64,000 bases of DNA from Squalus acanthias (taxonomy: Eukaryota): the NCBI GenBank assembly GCA_030390025.1, contig CM059432.1, positions 74,340,001 to 74,404,000 on the forward strand. The letters are read 5' to 3'. This document shows positions 23,364-36,699 of the stretch, piece by piece. The position numbers were made by a program, and so were the translations under genes. How positions within the stretch are numbered: the first letter of the stretch is position 1; each line of letters starts with the position of its first letter. The notes beneath the pieces are model-generated. The model was not told the DNA's origin, searched no databases, and saw nothing but the letters and a program-made list of their open reading frames with translations.

Positions 23364-24632
23364 ACATAAGAATTACGAGCATGAGTCGGCCATACGGCCC
23401 TTTTGAACCTCAACTCCAATTTCTCGCCCGATCCCCACATCCCTTGATTCCCCTAGAGTCCAAAAATCTATCTATCTCAGCCATGAATATACTCAAAGAC
23501 TCAGCATTCACAGCCCTTTGGGGTAGAGAATTCCAAAGATTCACAACCCTCTGAGTAAAGAAATTCCTCCTTATCTCAATTTTAAATGTCAGACCCCTTA
23601 TCCTGAGACTATGCCCCCTAGTTCTAGACACTCCAGCCAGGGGAAACAACCTCTGAGAATCTTATATGTTTCAATGAGATCACCTCTCATTCTTCTAAAC
23701 TTGAGAGTATAGGCCCAATCTGCTCAATTTCTCCTCGTAGGACAATGCTCTCATCTCAGGGATCAATCCAGTGAACCTTCGTTGCACTGCCTTTAAGGCA
23801 TGTATGTCCTTTCTCAGATAAGGAGACTAAAACTGTGCACAGTCTTCCAGTTGTGGTCTCACCAAAGCCCTGTACAATTGTAGTAAGACTTCCTTACTCT
23901 TGTACTCCAACCCCCTTGCAATAAAGGCTAACATGCTAATTGCTTGCTGTACCTGCATACTAACTTTCCGTGTTTCCTGTACGAGGACACCTAAATCTCT
24001 CAACACCAACATTTAATAGTTTCTCACCATTTAAAAATATTCTGCTTTTCTATTCTTCCTACTAAAGTGAATAACCTCACATTATACTGTATCTACCACC
24101 TTCTTGCCCACTCACTTAACCTGTCTATATCCTTTTGCAGGCTCTTTGTGTCTTCCTCACGGCTTACTTTCCCGCCTAGCTTTGTATGATCAGTAAACTT
24201 GGATACATTGCATTTGGTCCCTTCATCTAAATCATTAATATAGACTGTAAATAGCTGAGGCCCAAGCACTGATCCTTGCGGCACCCCACTAGTTACAGCC
24301 TGCCAACCGCAAAATAACTCATTTATCCCTGCTCTTTGTTTTTTGTCCGTTAACCAATCCTCTATCCATGCTAATATATTTCTCCCAACCCCATGAGCCC
24401 TTACCTTGCATAGCAACCTTTTCGAATGTCTTTTGGAAGTCCAAATATACTACATCCACTGGTTCCCCTTTATCTACCCTGCTAGTTCCATCCTCAAAAA
24501 ACTCTAATAAATTTGTTACGCACAATTTCCCTTTCATAAAACCATGTTGACTGCCTAATCATATTAGGATTTTCTAAGTGCCCTGTTACCACTGCCTTAA
24601 TAATGGATTCCAGCATTTTCCTGAAGACTGAT
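23364..24632 (-). mobile_element. CR1 LINE 3' part, degenerate
   Basis: VYLDFQK, GVPQGSVLGP and FFTQRVVNLWNSLP in broken frames. Confidence 0.93.
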
Positions 24633-25464
24633 GTCAAGTAGATAGAGAAATATTAGATGGTTCAACCTTGAAACTGATAAATATAGCTCTGAATGGAGGC
24701 CACTCTGAAGAATTTCTCTTTTAGGTACTATGGGGCAGGTACAGTTTCTAACTAGTTCTTCATTTTCTCTATATAAATAGCCTGTTGTCCCAAATGGAAA
24801 AACTACCAAGACACTGGTCCCTTAAGAATTTTGTGTTATACAGGAGCCATGCAACTCTACTGTATTTTTCTCCTGGTATCGCCATTAAGTTTAGCACACT
24901 AGGGAAGTGTTACTATGTTGCTTTTCAGAACTTGCAATTTTGAACATTCTGCAAATCATCGCTACCAACTTTGTTTCTTTTTGCTACTTTGTCAATTCAT
25001 TTAAGACCTTCAAGACCACTTCTGTGATTATCCTCAACTCTGGCTGATGCTGAGACCCAGCTTCCAGTAACATGCTGTTGGTGCTTTTAACCTTCTGGAT
25101 TGAATAATCTGAGCCACGCTATAGCTTGTCATTATCACTACTTTGGTCAGTAATAGTTGCAATATTAACCCAGTATCAATGCATGTGATTTGTTCCCCTA
25201 CTGGTTTTGTGGGTAAATGCACTGCATCTTGTAGAACTAAACCAAATAGATTTTGCTGGATTAGCTGATCTGTGCCACATGCCCTTAGACTACGAAGGAG
25301 CAATGTCAGCTAAGGTATCTGCTCCTGATTACTATCTGTGACCCCCTGCTGGAAAGTGTGTGGATGTCAGGCGAGGATGAAATCAGGCTTAGCTCTGCCG
25401 ACACTCCCTATCTAGGTTCATGCATAAAGAATGGCTACTTGGTCAAGGCAATCCTCGTGCAGTA

Positions 25465-26375
25465 GAACATAGGAACAATAGGCCATTCAGCCCCTCGAGC
25501 CTGGTCTGTCATTCAGTTGGATTGTGGCTGATCTGTACCTCAACTTTATCTAACTGACTTTGCTTCATATCCCTTGATAAAAAATATATTGATCTCAGTC
25601 TTGAAAATATCAATTGACACAGCCTTTTAGGGGAGAGAGGTCCAGATTTTCATTTCATTTGAATGAAAAAAGGCTTTCTGATTTCTCTCCTAAATGGTCA
25701 AGCTCTATGCCCCCTTGTTCTGGATAGTTTCCCCAGAAAGAAACTTCTTTCTTTTACAGAAATGAGATGGTTGTTGCATTGGAGAATGCAACGGCCATCT
25801 GTCATCTCCAACACGGAGGTCCGAGACACTCCGCATACACGCCGACTGAAGCCTGAAGAAACAAAGGTAAGTACAGTTTTACTACCACTTTGCACTTACC
25901 TCAGATACTCACCTCTCCATTCTTGCACCCGTCACTTACTTTCACAGCACACTTTTGCACCCCGACCCCCGCAGACCCAGTATTCGCCTCGCTGACCTGG
26001 TGGGTTTCGGAGACTTCGGGAAGCCAGCAATTGTGAGGGCAAAAAGGGGATAATCCTATTTTCTGCCTGTTAACTACCTGTTAACAGGCAGTTAATAGGC
26101 TATAATCCCTTCCCGCCTCCAAGGAGATGGGACCCGGCGTGGGACGGCTACCTGCCTCCTGGGAAGATAGCATGGAGGCGGGTTGGGCACCCGCCCCCAA
26201 ATTCTACCATTTTCCTGGCAGTCCCACCTCCATACCCGCCTCCATAGAGGGCTGGCAAAATCGCCCCCTCTATCTACCCTATCAAATTTCTCTATTTTAA
26301 GGACCTTCTAAATTCAAGGGAATACAAACCAAGTTTATGTAACCTGTCCTCAATTTAGCCCTTTAAACAATGGTA
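25465..26375 (-). mobile_element. Old CR1 3' fragment interrupted by a Harbinger-type MITE
   Basis: CR1 tail at 25465-25750 resumes at 26269 (tctatctaccctatcaaat). Confidence 0.75.
25753..26268 (-). mobile_element. Partial Harbinger-type MITE (one TIR, AAAATCGCCCCC)
   Basis: Its reverse complement is colinear with the left part of the 59770-60613 MITE, including the palindrome ttaactgcctgttaacaggtagttaacaggcag. Confidence 0.8.
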
Positions 26376-26689
26376 ATTTTGTAAAAAATGGGGAGGAAAG
26401 GCTGGCAAAATCATGTAAATTTTGTCACAGGAGCTGGCTATACGTTCCTGGCAAAATATAAATTCTCAAAGGATTACATAGAATCTAGGAGCAGGAGTAG
26501 GCCATTCGGCCCGTCGAGCCTGCTCCACCATTCAATACGATCATGGCTGATCATTCAAAATCCAGTACCCTGTCCCTGCTTTAATCCCCACAGTACACAT
26601 ATCCCACCCTACCCCCGTAACCCCACGTATTTAATTCCCCCTAACATATCCCATCCTATCCCCATAACCCCACATATTTAATCCCCCCC

Positions 26690-26746
26690 TAACACTAAGG
26701 GTCAATTTATCATAGCCAAATCAACCTAACCCGCACATTTTTGGAG
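26690..26746 (-). mobile_element. Possible HE1/V-SINE fragment
   Basis: cactaagggtcaatttatcatagccaaatcaacctaacccgcacatttttgga resembles the remembered elasmobranch HE1 core; short. Confidence 0.5.
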
Positions 26747-29700
26747 CTAGACAATTGCAGCAGAGGGCAAGTGCCAGCAGAACTAAGCCTGAAACTGCTC
26801 TCTTTCATGAGCACTTTCCAGCAGGGTTTATAGCACAGCAACCAGGAGTTAACTGAAATTTGCTATATATCTGCAGAAACTACTATTGAGAGATAACAAT
26901 ATTGGTCTAATTGTGCTTAGAAGTGTTAAAAATAAAAGTATATCTGAACTGATTTGTTTGAATCCTATGTCAAAAAATATATCTTTATCACTGCTCTTAG
27001 TATCTAGTATCAGAAGTATTTTTGAAAGGAGATATCCACTTGTCACTATTGAGGGATCCTGCCACTTTCAGACTAGAGGTTAGAAACATTTCCCTCCCCA
27101 AACACTCAATAGGACAAAAGCCACAGGGTTTCCTGGTCTTGAAAAATTGTGTTCTGGGGAGAAACTACAATAACAACTTGTATTTATGTAGCGGCTTTAA
27201 TGTAGTAAAAAGTCCCACGGCACTTCACAGAGTGTTATAAGACAAAAACTGTTGACACTAGGACTTTTTACCCTTGAAAAGAGGTGATCGAGAGCAGACC
27301 TTCTACAAGTAGGCAACGTATTAAACAGAATAAGTGACATAAATCAGGAGCACAATTTCAAGGCAGGCCAAGGTACTAAAATTAGTGAAAAAGCAATTAA
27401 GGAAGAATTACTTGGCACTAAAAGTGATCAACACAAAATGGCTTTTTAAGTAGCAGATTGGAGGTGAAAACCTTGGATTTATTCAGAGCCAGGTGAATGA
27501 GATGGTGGAATGCAAGCTTTTTAATTCTGGGTGGGTGAATTAAAGTGGGACAAATCCCTCACTGTATTGACCGTGCACAGTAGAAGTTTCCCAGCAGAAT
27601 CAATTGAGGAATATAAGGGTTGCCCTGCTGCTGGGACCATGAAAGTGATCAATGAAAGTACCTATGACCAGGATTGAATAATAAAGGAGTAGAGGCTGAC
27701 AGTCTGCAGTTTATTCAATTAGCTTTGGAATTTGGGAGGAATTTTGAAGAATATCCTTTCAAAACATCTTAGAGCAGATTGTGGAAGGAATAGATTTGGT
27801 GATTTGGCATTTTTGTTTTGTTCATGAACATTTAAAATACAGAAAGGAGATCTTGAAATATGAAATAGGATCACGGAAAAGAATATATTTAGAATTTGAG
27901 CTGGTTTATTAAACCTATGATCAAATAGAGAATTGAGCAATGGTTAATGGAATAATTTGCATGGATAGGTCTAAATCACCAGTTCGGTCACGTGCTGCAT
28001 CAACTCACATGGTCAGGGTGAAAGCATCAATCTTCAGCTGTCGTTCTTGCCTTATAATCGCATAGTCAACTACTATTGGAACACCACCTCCGTGCCATGC
28101 AGCTGAACTATATAATCACAGTATTGTATGGCATCAGAGACAGAGATTAGTGTTCTTTTATGGGAGCTTCTGACGCTGCAGCTAATGCACCAGCAGTCAG
28201 TGCAGCACTGATCATTATTTTTGAAGACGACAGCTGTACAAAACTTGGAATTGATCTTTGACTTTTCTCGGAAAAGCTGAATCTCTTGGTTCATGGCTAT
28301 TTCTTGTACTCTTGCTACTTATGTGGACGTCTACTAAATAGTTTGTGGGACACTGGTTCATTTTCCCTTGATCTGGCCAGAGGTCATAAATTCTAGAGTA
28401 CGCATGGTCATAGAAGAGAGGCGCATTTCATTGGTCTGATTCTTTGAGAGGTTACTCTATATACTTTATGGTCAAAGTGAATTATCCATTCTTCATTTGT
28501 TCAACATTCATTCACACTTAAATAGGAATTGCTATCATATATTGGGAAAATTGCTAAAAAAAATACTTTGAGGAAAAATAGATCTATGTTCTATAATTCT
28601 TTGAAAGTTGATTTGCAGTATTTGAAAAGTATAGGTGAAGTTTTACATTTGCTTAAGCATTGATGCTGTTGTCCTCTTCTCATATTTCATAGCACTTCAG
28701 TAATTACATGCTGCCTTTCAGCCAGTTTGGCTCTGGGTGATAAACTGCAGTTTTAACATGTGTTGAATGCCACTGATCCTTTCCAGTAACCAATACCCAA
28801 CAGGTGCTTACACTGCCTTCTGCCATAACATAAAATGTGTGAAGTCAGCTCCAACCTTACCATAAGGCTCGATGTGATCCATTTGCTGAAAGGCTACGTT
28901 AGCAAGAATCTTGCAACATGAGTTCCTCTTGCTGCGGAAAGATTTTGGATTTTGGACTTTGGACTGCACAGGGTTGACATCGCTAGTAGGATAGTTTCAG
29001 GAACGAGGCATTGGCCGAGCAGTGGTGCAAGCAAATTTTAGTGATTAAGAAGTAGGTGTCTGAATCATCTGCCTAATTTCTAACCTTAGTTACAAGCCTA
29101 TTCAACTTATGGGTTCTGCACTTCCCAACACAAATATCTAGAGCAAGGTGACAGATGCTGCAGTACTTTGATCACTTCAGTTGCCTTGTGCGCATCAGTG
29201 GATTTCATCCTTATCAAACCCTTCAAAATCCTTAATACAAGATAAAAAGTAATGTTTTAACTAAAGAACCAAACACCCTCCCCAAGACACTGGACATCCT
29301 TTACATACCCTCTATTACAAAGATTGGCTTATGACATACAACATCTTTCTTAAAATGGTCACCATAGTGTCTAGCTGTTATGCTGGCCTATAGGGCAGTG
29401 ATATGAGTATTCATGAAATGTGATTGTGCTGTGTTATTTAAAGTAGTTACCACAGCAGAGCTAAGCATATATGAACTCCAATGGTTTTCCCCATGAGCAA
29501 CAAATAGAATTTTCCCCTTTTCAATAGATGAGGAAGAGATGGAGCAGTTCCCCCTTCAGAGGCACTGATAAATGCAAGAAATTGGACCCAGCATCCCTAT
29601 GTCCCTGGCTTTCTTCACATTAATGAATATAATATATGCAATGTGTTTCAGCTATGAATCCAGATCCCAAAATATTCTAATAGATTCAATTATAGCTCTA

Positions 29701-30344
29701 GCAGATTTATCAGCAGACTGGACATTCATGATTTCAACATCTTCCTGCATGGCATTAATGATGTATGGGCAAACCTGAATCAGGCAGCATCATGGCTACT
29801 AAGCCTGATAATTGCCATGGGAACTCTGGTGCTTAAGAATCCTTTGTTTGCACAGCCTGTTGTTGACTTTTTCCACTTGTGTTCCTTGTGAAAGAATCAA
29901 AAGTATTTCAATATAAATATGGAAAGAAATTGTATAATGTGCAGGGCACTCTAAATATAGCTGGTGTTTTACTAAGATCGCTGGGTGAAATTTATACAAG
30001 CTATCCAGATTAACATTATTACCATGCAATCACCCAAGGGTGAAGTTGATCAATGATGCAGGCTGCCCAGCAGGAGACCAGGATGAAGAAGTACCCTGCC
30101 CCTTGCTCCATTTCTGCTCCACAGTAGTGACTCAAAGTGTCTGCCACCAATTGATCTGCCAGAAATTCAATGAGGGATTGTATCCAATCGTTTTTTTAGG
30201 CAGTGAGACTTTTTCTTGTTAGATACCTGTGTAATATCAGGAAACTGTCAGAAAAGGCTCAGGATTGGCTATTTTGTTGTCCGCCATTAAATTGCTGTCA
30301 ACACTCACTTGCAGACTCCCACATGGAGAATAGTGACTTGAGCC

Positions 30345-31943
30345 GATTATAAACATAGTGGGAGAGGAAGTATTAAGGGGTTTAGCATCTTTGAAAGTAG
30401 ATATATCACCAGGCCTGGATGAAATGTATCCCAGGCTGTTAAGAGAAGCAAGGGAGGAAATAGCAGAGGCTCTGACCATTTTCCAATCCTCTCTGGTTAC
30501 AGGTGTGGTGCTGGAGGACTGCTAACGTTGTACCGTTGTTTAAAAAGGGAGAAAGCGATAGACTGAGTAATTACAGGCCAGTCAGCCTAACCTCGGTGGT
30601 GAGCAAATTGTTGGAAAAAGTTCTGAGGGACAGTATTAATCATCATTTAGAAAGGCACGGATTAATCAAGGACAGTCAGCATAGATTTGTTAAGGGAAGG
30701 TTGTGTCTGATTAACTTGATTGAATTTTTTGAGGTGGTAACAAGGAGGGTTGATAAGGGCAGTGCGTTTGATGTAGTCTACAGGGATTTCAGCAAGGCCT
30801 TTGACAAGGTCCTACATGGCAGACTGGTCAGAAAAGTAAAAGCCCATGGAATCCAAGGGAAAGTGGCAAGTTGAATCCAAAATTGGCTTAGTGGCAGGAA
30901 GCAAAGGGTAATGGTCGACAGATGTTTTTGTGGGGTTTCCAGTGGGGTTCCGCAGGGCTCAGTACTAGGTCCCTTGCTTTTTCTGGTATACCTCAACGAT
31001 TTAGACTTCAATGTAGGGGGCATGATTAAGAAGCTTGCAGATGATACAAAAAATGGCCGTATGGTTGATAGTGAGGAAGAAAGCTGTAGACTGCAGGAAG
31101 ATATCAATGGACTGGTCAAGTGGGCAGAAAAGTGGCAAATGGAAATCAATCCGGAGAAGTGTGAGGTAATGCATTTGGGGAGGGCGAACACATCAAGGGA
31201 ATGCACAATAGATGGTAGGATACTGAGAAGTGTAGAGGAATAGAGAAACCTTGGAGTGTGTGTTCACAGATCCCTGAAGGTAACAGGACAGGTAGATAAG
31301 GCGGTTAAGAAGGCATACGGGATGCTTTCCTTTATTAGCTGAGGCATAGAATATAAGAACAGGGAGGTTATGCTTGAACTGTATAAAACACTAGTTAGGC
31401 CACAGCTAGAGTACTGCGTACAGTTCTGGTCACCACATTACAGGAAAGATGCGATTGCACTAGAGAGGGTATAAAGGAGATTTACGAGGATGCTGCCAGG
31501 ACTGGAGAATTTTAGCTGTGAGGAAAGATTGGATAGGCTGGGGTTGTTTTCTTTGGATCAGAGGAGGCTGAGGGGAGACTTGATTGAGGTGTATAAAATT
31601 ATGAGGGGCCTAGATAGAGTGGATAGGAAGGACCTATTTCCCCTAGCAAAGAGGTCAATAACCAGATTTAAAGTAATTGGTAGAAGGATTAGAGGGGAGT
31701 TGAGGAGAACTTTTTTCACCCAGAGGGTCGTGGGGGTCTGGAACTCTGCCTGAAAGGGTGGTAGAGGCAGAAACCCTCATCACATTTAAAAAGTACTTGG
31801 ATATGCACTTGAAGTGTTGTAACCTACAGGGCTACGGACCAAGAGCTGGAAAGTGGCATTAGGCTGGATAGCTCTTTTTTGGCCGGCACAGACATGATGG
31901 GTTGAATGGCCTCCTTTTGTGCCGTAAATGTTTTGATTCTATG
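30345..31943 (+). mobile_element. 5'-truncated CR1 LINE, degenerate
   Basis: NYRPVSLTS, DFSKAFDKV, GVPQGSVLGP, LADDTK; several in-frame stops; tail ending gattctatga. Confidence 0.94.
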
Positions 31944-33373
31944 AACCGTTGGTGCCTTCAGGAGAGGAAGGGAGAAAAATTGGAGGAAGAACGTATATAC
32001 TTCTTGTTTATCTATATTAGGCCTGTCAACCGATTTTTTTTTTTAAATTGCAATTCATCTCACAATTAAAAATGTTAATCTCAGTTAATTATATTTTTAT
32101 TTACCTATCTAATTGATACCATTCTCGCTGGCATTGCTAAGTATTTACGTACCAGCTTTACGATTATTGTTTCTGGCTACCATATTGGTTATATTGGGGT
32201 ATGTTTTGGCTTGTGTGCCAATATGTCAGCCTCTTTACTGGTAGCAGGAGTTGATTTGTCTGTCGGGACGAGGGTTGATTATAAGCTGGATAAATGAGTA
32301 CAAGGAGCATCGGTGACTATACATATTAGAATTGACAGCATAATACAAAGACAGTCAGAGATACTCAAAAATCTCTTAGCTGAAAATGTTCAAGTCATTG
32401 CCAGCCTTTGTTAAAGGTGATAGTTCCTGAGTGGACTGACTGGATGGCATCCTGCTCAACCCTGAACTCTGCTTCCAATTGGCTCAGACTTTCTTGTTCC
32501 CGATCTCGCACTGCCGCTTTGCCTGCAGTGCCTCAACTGGGAGGAGGGTGTAATTACAGTGTGACAAGTTGAGATGGGCAGTTTCAGTTATAAATGTGGA
32601 CATAGGAATTCAGAATGGAAAGAGTTAATAGGAAATGTGTGCAGCAGTAAAATCTATATACATAGCTGAAAGCCAGTTCATTGGCTGTACTGCCCAGGTC
32701 ATTTTCCTTTAACTAAATGAATTGAACACCTACAGTGCAGTATAGGCTGAAAAAAGTAATCGGTTTTACTGATCTCATAACACATTTTGAATAACTTCCA
32801 TAAGTGGTCATTTATGCAGTGGTTTGCTGATCTGCCCATGCATATTTGTTCTAGATAAAAGTCACCTCAGACCTCTAAGGCTTCAGGGAGACCATCCCAG
32901 GGAAGCAGCAGTCCAAGAGGGACCAGCTTCCAGCAAGCTTTCTCTTGCAGTAGCAAGAAGAGGCAGGCTCATATCTAAATCTCCTTCATGTGTAGGAATT
33001 GAAGGAGGCCTTAAGGAAGCAGGCTCAATGCCACTCTTTGGAGAGATAGTGGCATTTGTGCCACTCCTTGCAGCCCACTGGTGCTGGGCACAGGCTCTGA
33101 GGAGCTACTAGTCAATGTCAGTACAAACCAAATACTCCCAACCAGGTTTTGTAAGCCCTGTGTAAGTGTCCTTTTACCATGATTGGGCTTGTTAAGCCCG
33201 CCCAGCGCATTTGCCGGCCAATTGAAGGAAGCGGGTCTGATGACGTCATTTGATGACGCATCATCAGCTGGTTTCCTTAAAGGGACCATGCACAAATTGA
33301 TTTTGACAGTTGTGCTGTCAGTGTTCAAAGCATTGAGGTGCTGCAAACACTGACAAACACTGCACAGAGGTGC

Positions 33374-33592
33374 ATGGCTGCACCCAAGCTCTCCCATGAC
33401 TCCCTTCATATGCTTATGGAGGGAGTCACAGCATGCAGGGAGGTTCTCTTCCCTTCCAATGGGCGGAAGAGACCTCCCCAGGAGACCAACGCAGCCTGGC
33501 TGCACATTACACAGGAGGACACAAGCAGGGATATCGTCAGGAGGACCAGGCTGCAGTGGCACAAACCTTTCAATGATCTCAGTAGATCACGA
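33374..33592 (+). pseudogene. Harbinger Myb/SANT-like DNA-binding protein remnant
   Basis: APKLSHDSLHMLMEGV..REVLF..AWLHI....RT..QWHKPFNDL fits the trihelix Myb/SANT pattern of Harbinger accessory proteins (NAIF1/MSANTD-like). Confidence 0.8.
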
Positions 33593-33740
33593 AACGTTTC
33601 TGCAAAGCCACACGCAACCTCATCTTGCTGTGCCACTCATCACATCCCCATCACTCTGCCTTTCCTACCCTACTCCTGCACATCCTTACTCACACCAACT
33701 TACCTTGCACCTCCAGCCATCCCTCTCTATCTACATTATC

Positions 33741-34700
33741 AAGGCAGTGTCCTAGGCCCAACCATCAGCTACTTCATCAATGACCTTCCCTCCAACATAA
33801 GATCAGAAATGGGGATGTTCGCTGATCACTGCACAATGTTCAGCGCCATTCACAACTCCTCAGATAATGAAGCAGTCCATGCCCGCATGCAACAAGACCT
33901 GGACGACATTCAGGCTTGGGCTGATAAGTGGCAGGTAACATTCGCGCCACAGAAGTGCCAAGCAATGACTATCTCCAACAAGCGAGAGTCTAATCACCTC
34001 CCCTTGACATTCAACGGGATTACCATCGGCGAATCCCCCACCATCAACATCCTGGGGGTCACCATTGACCAGAAACTTAACTGGACCAGCCACATAAATA
34101 CTGTGGCAACAAGAGCAAGTCAGAGGCTAGGTATTCTGCGACAAATGTCTCACCTCCTGACTCCCCAAAGACTTTCCAGCATCTACAAGGCACAAGTCAG
34201 GGGTGTGATGGAATACTCTCCACTTGCCTGAATGAGTGCAGCTCTAACAACACTCAAGAAGCTCGACATTATCCAGGACAAAACAGCCCGCTTGATTGGC
34301 ACCCCATCCACCACCTTAAACATTCACTCCCTCCACCACCGGCGTACCGTGGCTGCAGTGTGTCCCATCTACAAGATGCACTGCAGCACCTCCCAAACCC
34401 GTGACCTCTTCCACCTAGAAGGACAAGGGCAGCAGGCGCATGGGAACACCACCACCTCCAAGTTCCTCTCCAAGTCACACACCACTCTGACTTGGAAGTA
34501 TATCGCTGATCCTTCATCATCACTGGATCAAAATCCTGGAACTCCCTCCCTGACAGCACTGTGGGAGTACCTTCACCAGACGGACTGCAGCGGTTCAAGA
34601 AGGTGGCTCACCACCACCTTCTCGAAGGCAATTAGGGGTGGGAAATAAATGCTGGCTTTGCCAGTGACGCCCACATCCCATAAACGAATTTTAAAAAAAC
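33741..34700 (+). mobile_element. Second CR1-group LINE family, 3' fragment
   Basis: QGSVLGP..FINDL..FADH, LGVTIDQKLNWTSHI, IYKAQVR; A-rich tail. Confidence 0.9.
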
Positions 34701-35891
34701 GTCTCCATCTCACTCGCCACCCCTCACACTCACCCTCATCCTAGTGCAATCATACCAACTAACAACACACAAGAGTAGGCACTTGGATGTTTTATGCAAT
34801 GTTCATGTGAAGTTTCTGTTAATGTGCTGTCAAACATTGAAACCTTTATTTTCAACACTTTGCATTCTTGGACAGATTTGTGCACACCTTTGGAAGTGGC
34901 TTAGTGAGTTGCAGTGAATGGTGAGACATAACGGTATCCCCCCGCAATGGTGATGAGTGTGAAAGGAATGGCTTGGGCATTGTAGGGATGCTTTATGGTG
35001 TTGGTGTGTGGTGGTGCCAACCTGGTGCATCATGTGGCAGCCAGGGTGTACAGTGTCAAGTGAAGTAAATCTGGCCATGGTGAGGCCATCTCTGGTCTTC
35101 TGGGCAGCAATGTGGTCGGGTGCTGATGCCTGTGTCCTGTGCAGCTTCAGTTGATTGCGGAGAAGGTTGGTGTTGTTGTTGGTGCTGCTGGTGTGCCTGG
35201 TGCTGCTGGTGTTGGGGCTGATCGTGGTGGGATTCTGAAGACCAAGGTGAGATAGTTTCAAGGGCACTGATGCTGATGGCAGGTGAACTTGAGATGACAG
35301 AAGTGATCTGTCAATGGTGAGAGAGGTTGTTTCAATGAGGTTACACTGGATAGAGAGTTTACTCCAAACACTTGCAACCTGCATTAAGCTCAATCTGTCT
35401 TCCAAATTCAGTAAGCAACAGTGTCTGAGCTTGGAAAGTGAACAACTGTGAGATGGGAGCTTTTATAGCACATTTTCAGCTGTCAAGTAATGAGATGATT
35501 CCATGGTCATACAACTCCCGACCTCCTTACCTGATGTGATCCCCGAGCAGCGTGGACCACCTCATAAAATGTAAAGGTGAGCTCAAAATACTTCTTAATG
35601 AACTGTTAACAAGGTCATAATGACCTGAATTGCCGCCCCCACCGCTGTGTGTCAGGTCTGTTCAGCCCTGACAGACCCGACATCTGGGAAAGGTCCCAAC
35701 CTGCAGTCAAAAAATTTTTTTCCCACCCGACCCGCCACCGAACACGTCCGCTGACCCCCCTGAAAAATTCCCCCCTAAGAATCTGGGAGCCCTTTCAGCT
35801 GCTGCCTGTCCCCAGAGCTACTGCTGTTTTAGCCGTTCTGGTAGAAAAGTGATACTGCCATTTAACTGGCTGCAGCTTTTTAAAGGTTGCA

Positions 35892-36485
35892 CTTCTTCTT
35901 TCGTATGGTGGTAGCAAAGCAAATCAAATGTCAATATCTAAGTCAGATATCCAGGCCAAAGCTTCTGGTGTAACAGTGTGGATATCTTGTAGGCTGCCTG
36001 TGAATTTCCTCTGAGGGCAGTGCTCAATGATGTGCTCCAGGGTCTGATTAGGAGCTCCACAGTCGCATGATGGGGATGCTTTAATCTTCCATTTATGGAG
36101 AAGGTGGCAGCATCTACCATGACCAGTTCTGAGGCGGTTGATGGTTGTCCACTGTTTGCGAGAAAGGTTTGATCCTTCAAGTTGTACTGTGGGGTCCTCT
36201 ATAAGGAATCCATTCCGTATGTCATAGTTCGTCCAAGCATTTCGCCATCAGTCATCAAGGCTGAGTTGAGATCGCTGAAGGGCTTCGGCGACGGTCCAAA
36301 ATGGCCTTCTAGATTTGAGACGGGTTAGTGGTAGGTTGTTCAAGTCAGCCTGGATCAGCATGTTTTTGCTGGTGTAGCGGTTGTATTCTTGGAGACTGCA
36401 TATTCGCGGCATAGGTGTGGTGGTGCAATGTTTGCAAGCACGGGCAGCCAAGGTGTTGGTGTCGATAAAAGCGCATCGGTGATAA
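35892..36485 (-). mobile_element. Vingi/Ingi-like (I-group) LINE 3' fragment
   Basis: Manual translation gives STPTPWLPVLANIAPP, LKSRRPF and WTTINRLRTGHGRC..CDCG..QTLEHIIEHCP (CCHC knuckle); stop at 35924; tail ccatacgaaagaagaag. Confidence 0.8.
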
Positions 36486-36699
36486 TTCTCATAGTAGAAT
36501 TCAACTGGACTAGAACTCAGGTTGCACTAGAACTGTATCTCCCTCCCTCCCAGTGGTAGTAAGCCTATCAGGAGTAGTATTAACACTCCAAACTTACCAT
36601 GCATAGCAAATTAGGGTCCCTCGAGGAAATTGTAGCAGGTTCACATTGGATTCACATTGGCAAGTGTAATTCTCACTCAGCTGCTAATCCGCCAATGGA

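Larger units (their letters stand above)
33172..35775 (+). mobile_element. PIF/Harbinger-derived element (left TIR missing) carrying a Myb/SANT-like remnant, interrupted by a LINE
   Basis: Colinear with the reverse complement of about 62470-63430; right TIR AAAATTCCCCCC followed by TAA; right terminus nearly identical to that of the MITE at 50507-50644. Confidence 0.85.

Noticed and set aside
27300..30300. Possible conserved non-coding element or exon downstream of CHD7
   Set aside because: TE-poor, but no recognisable ORF or motif; it needs a multi-species alignment.
33338..34231. 297-aa ORF fusing a Myb/SANT domain to an RT fragment
   Set aside because: Chance in-frame junction of a Harbinger remnant and an inserted LINE. 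The RT motif is FADH, the Myb part is degenerate, and the ORF ends at a premature stop.
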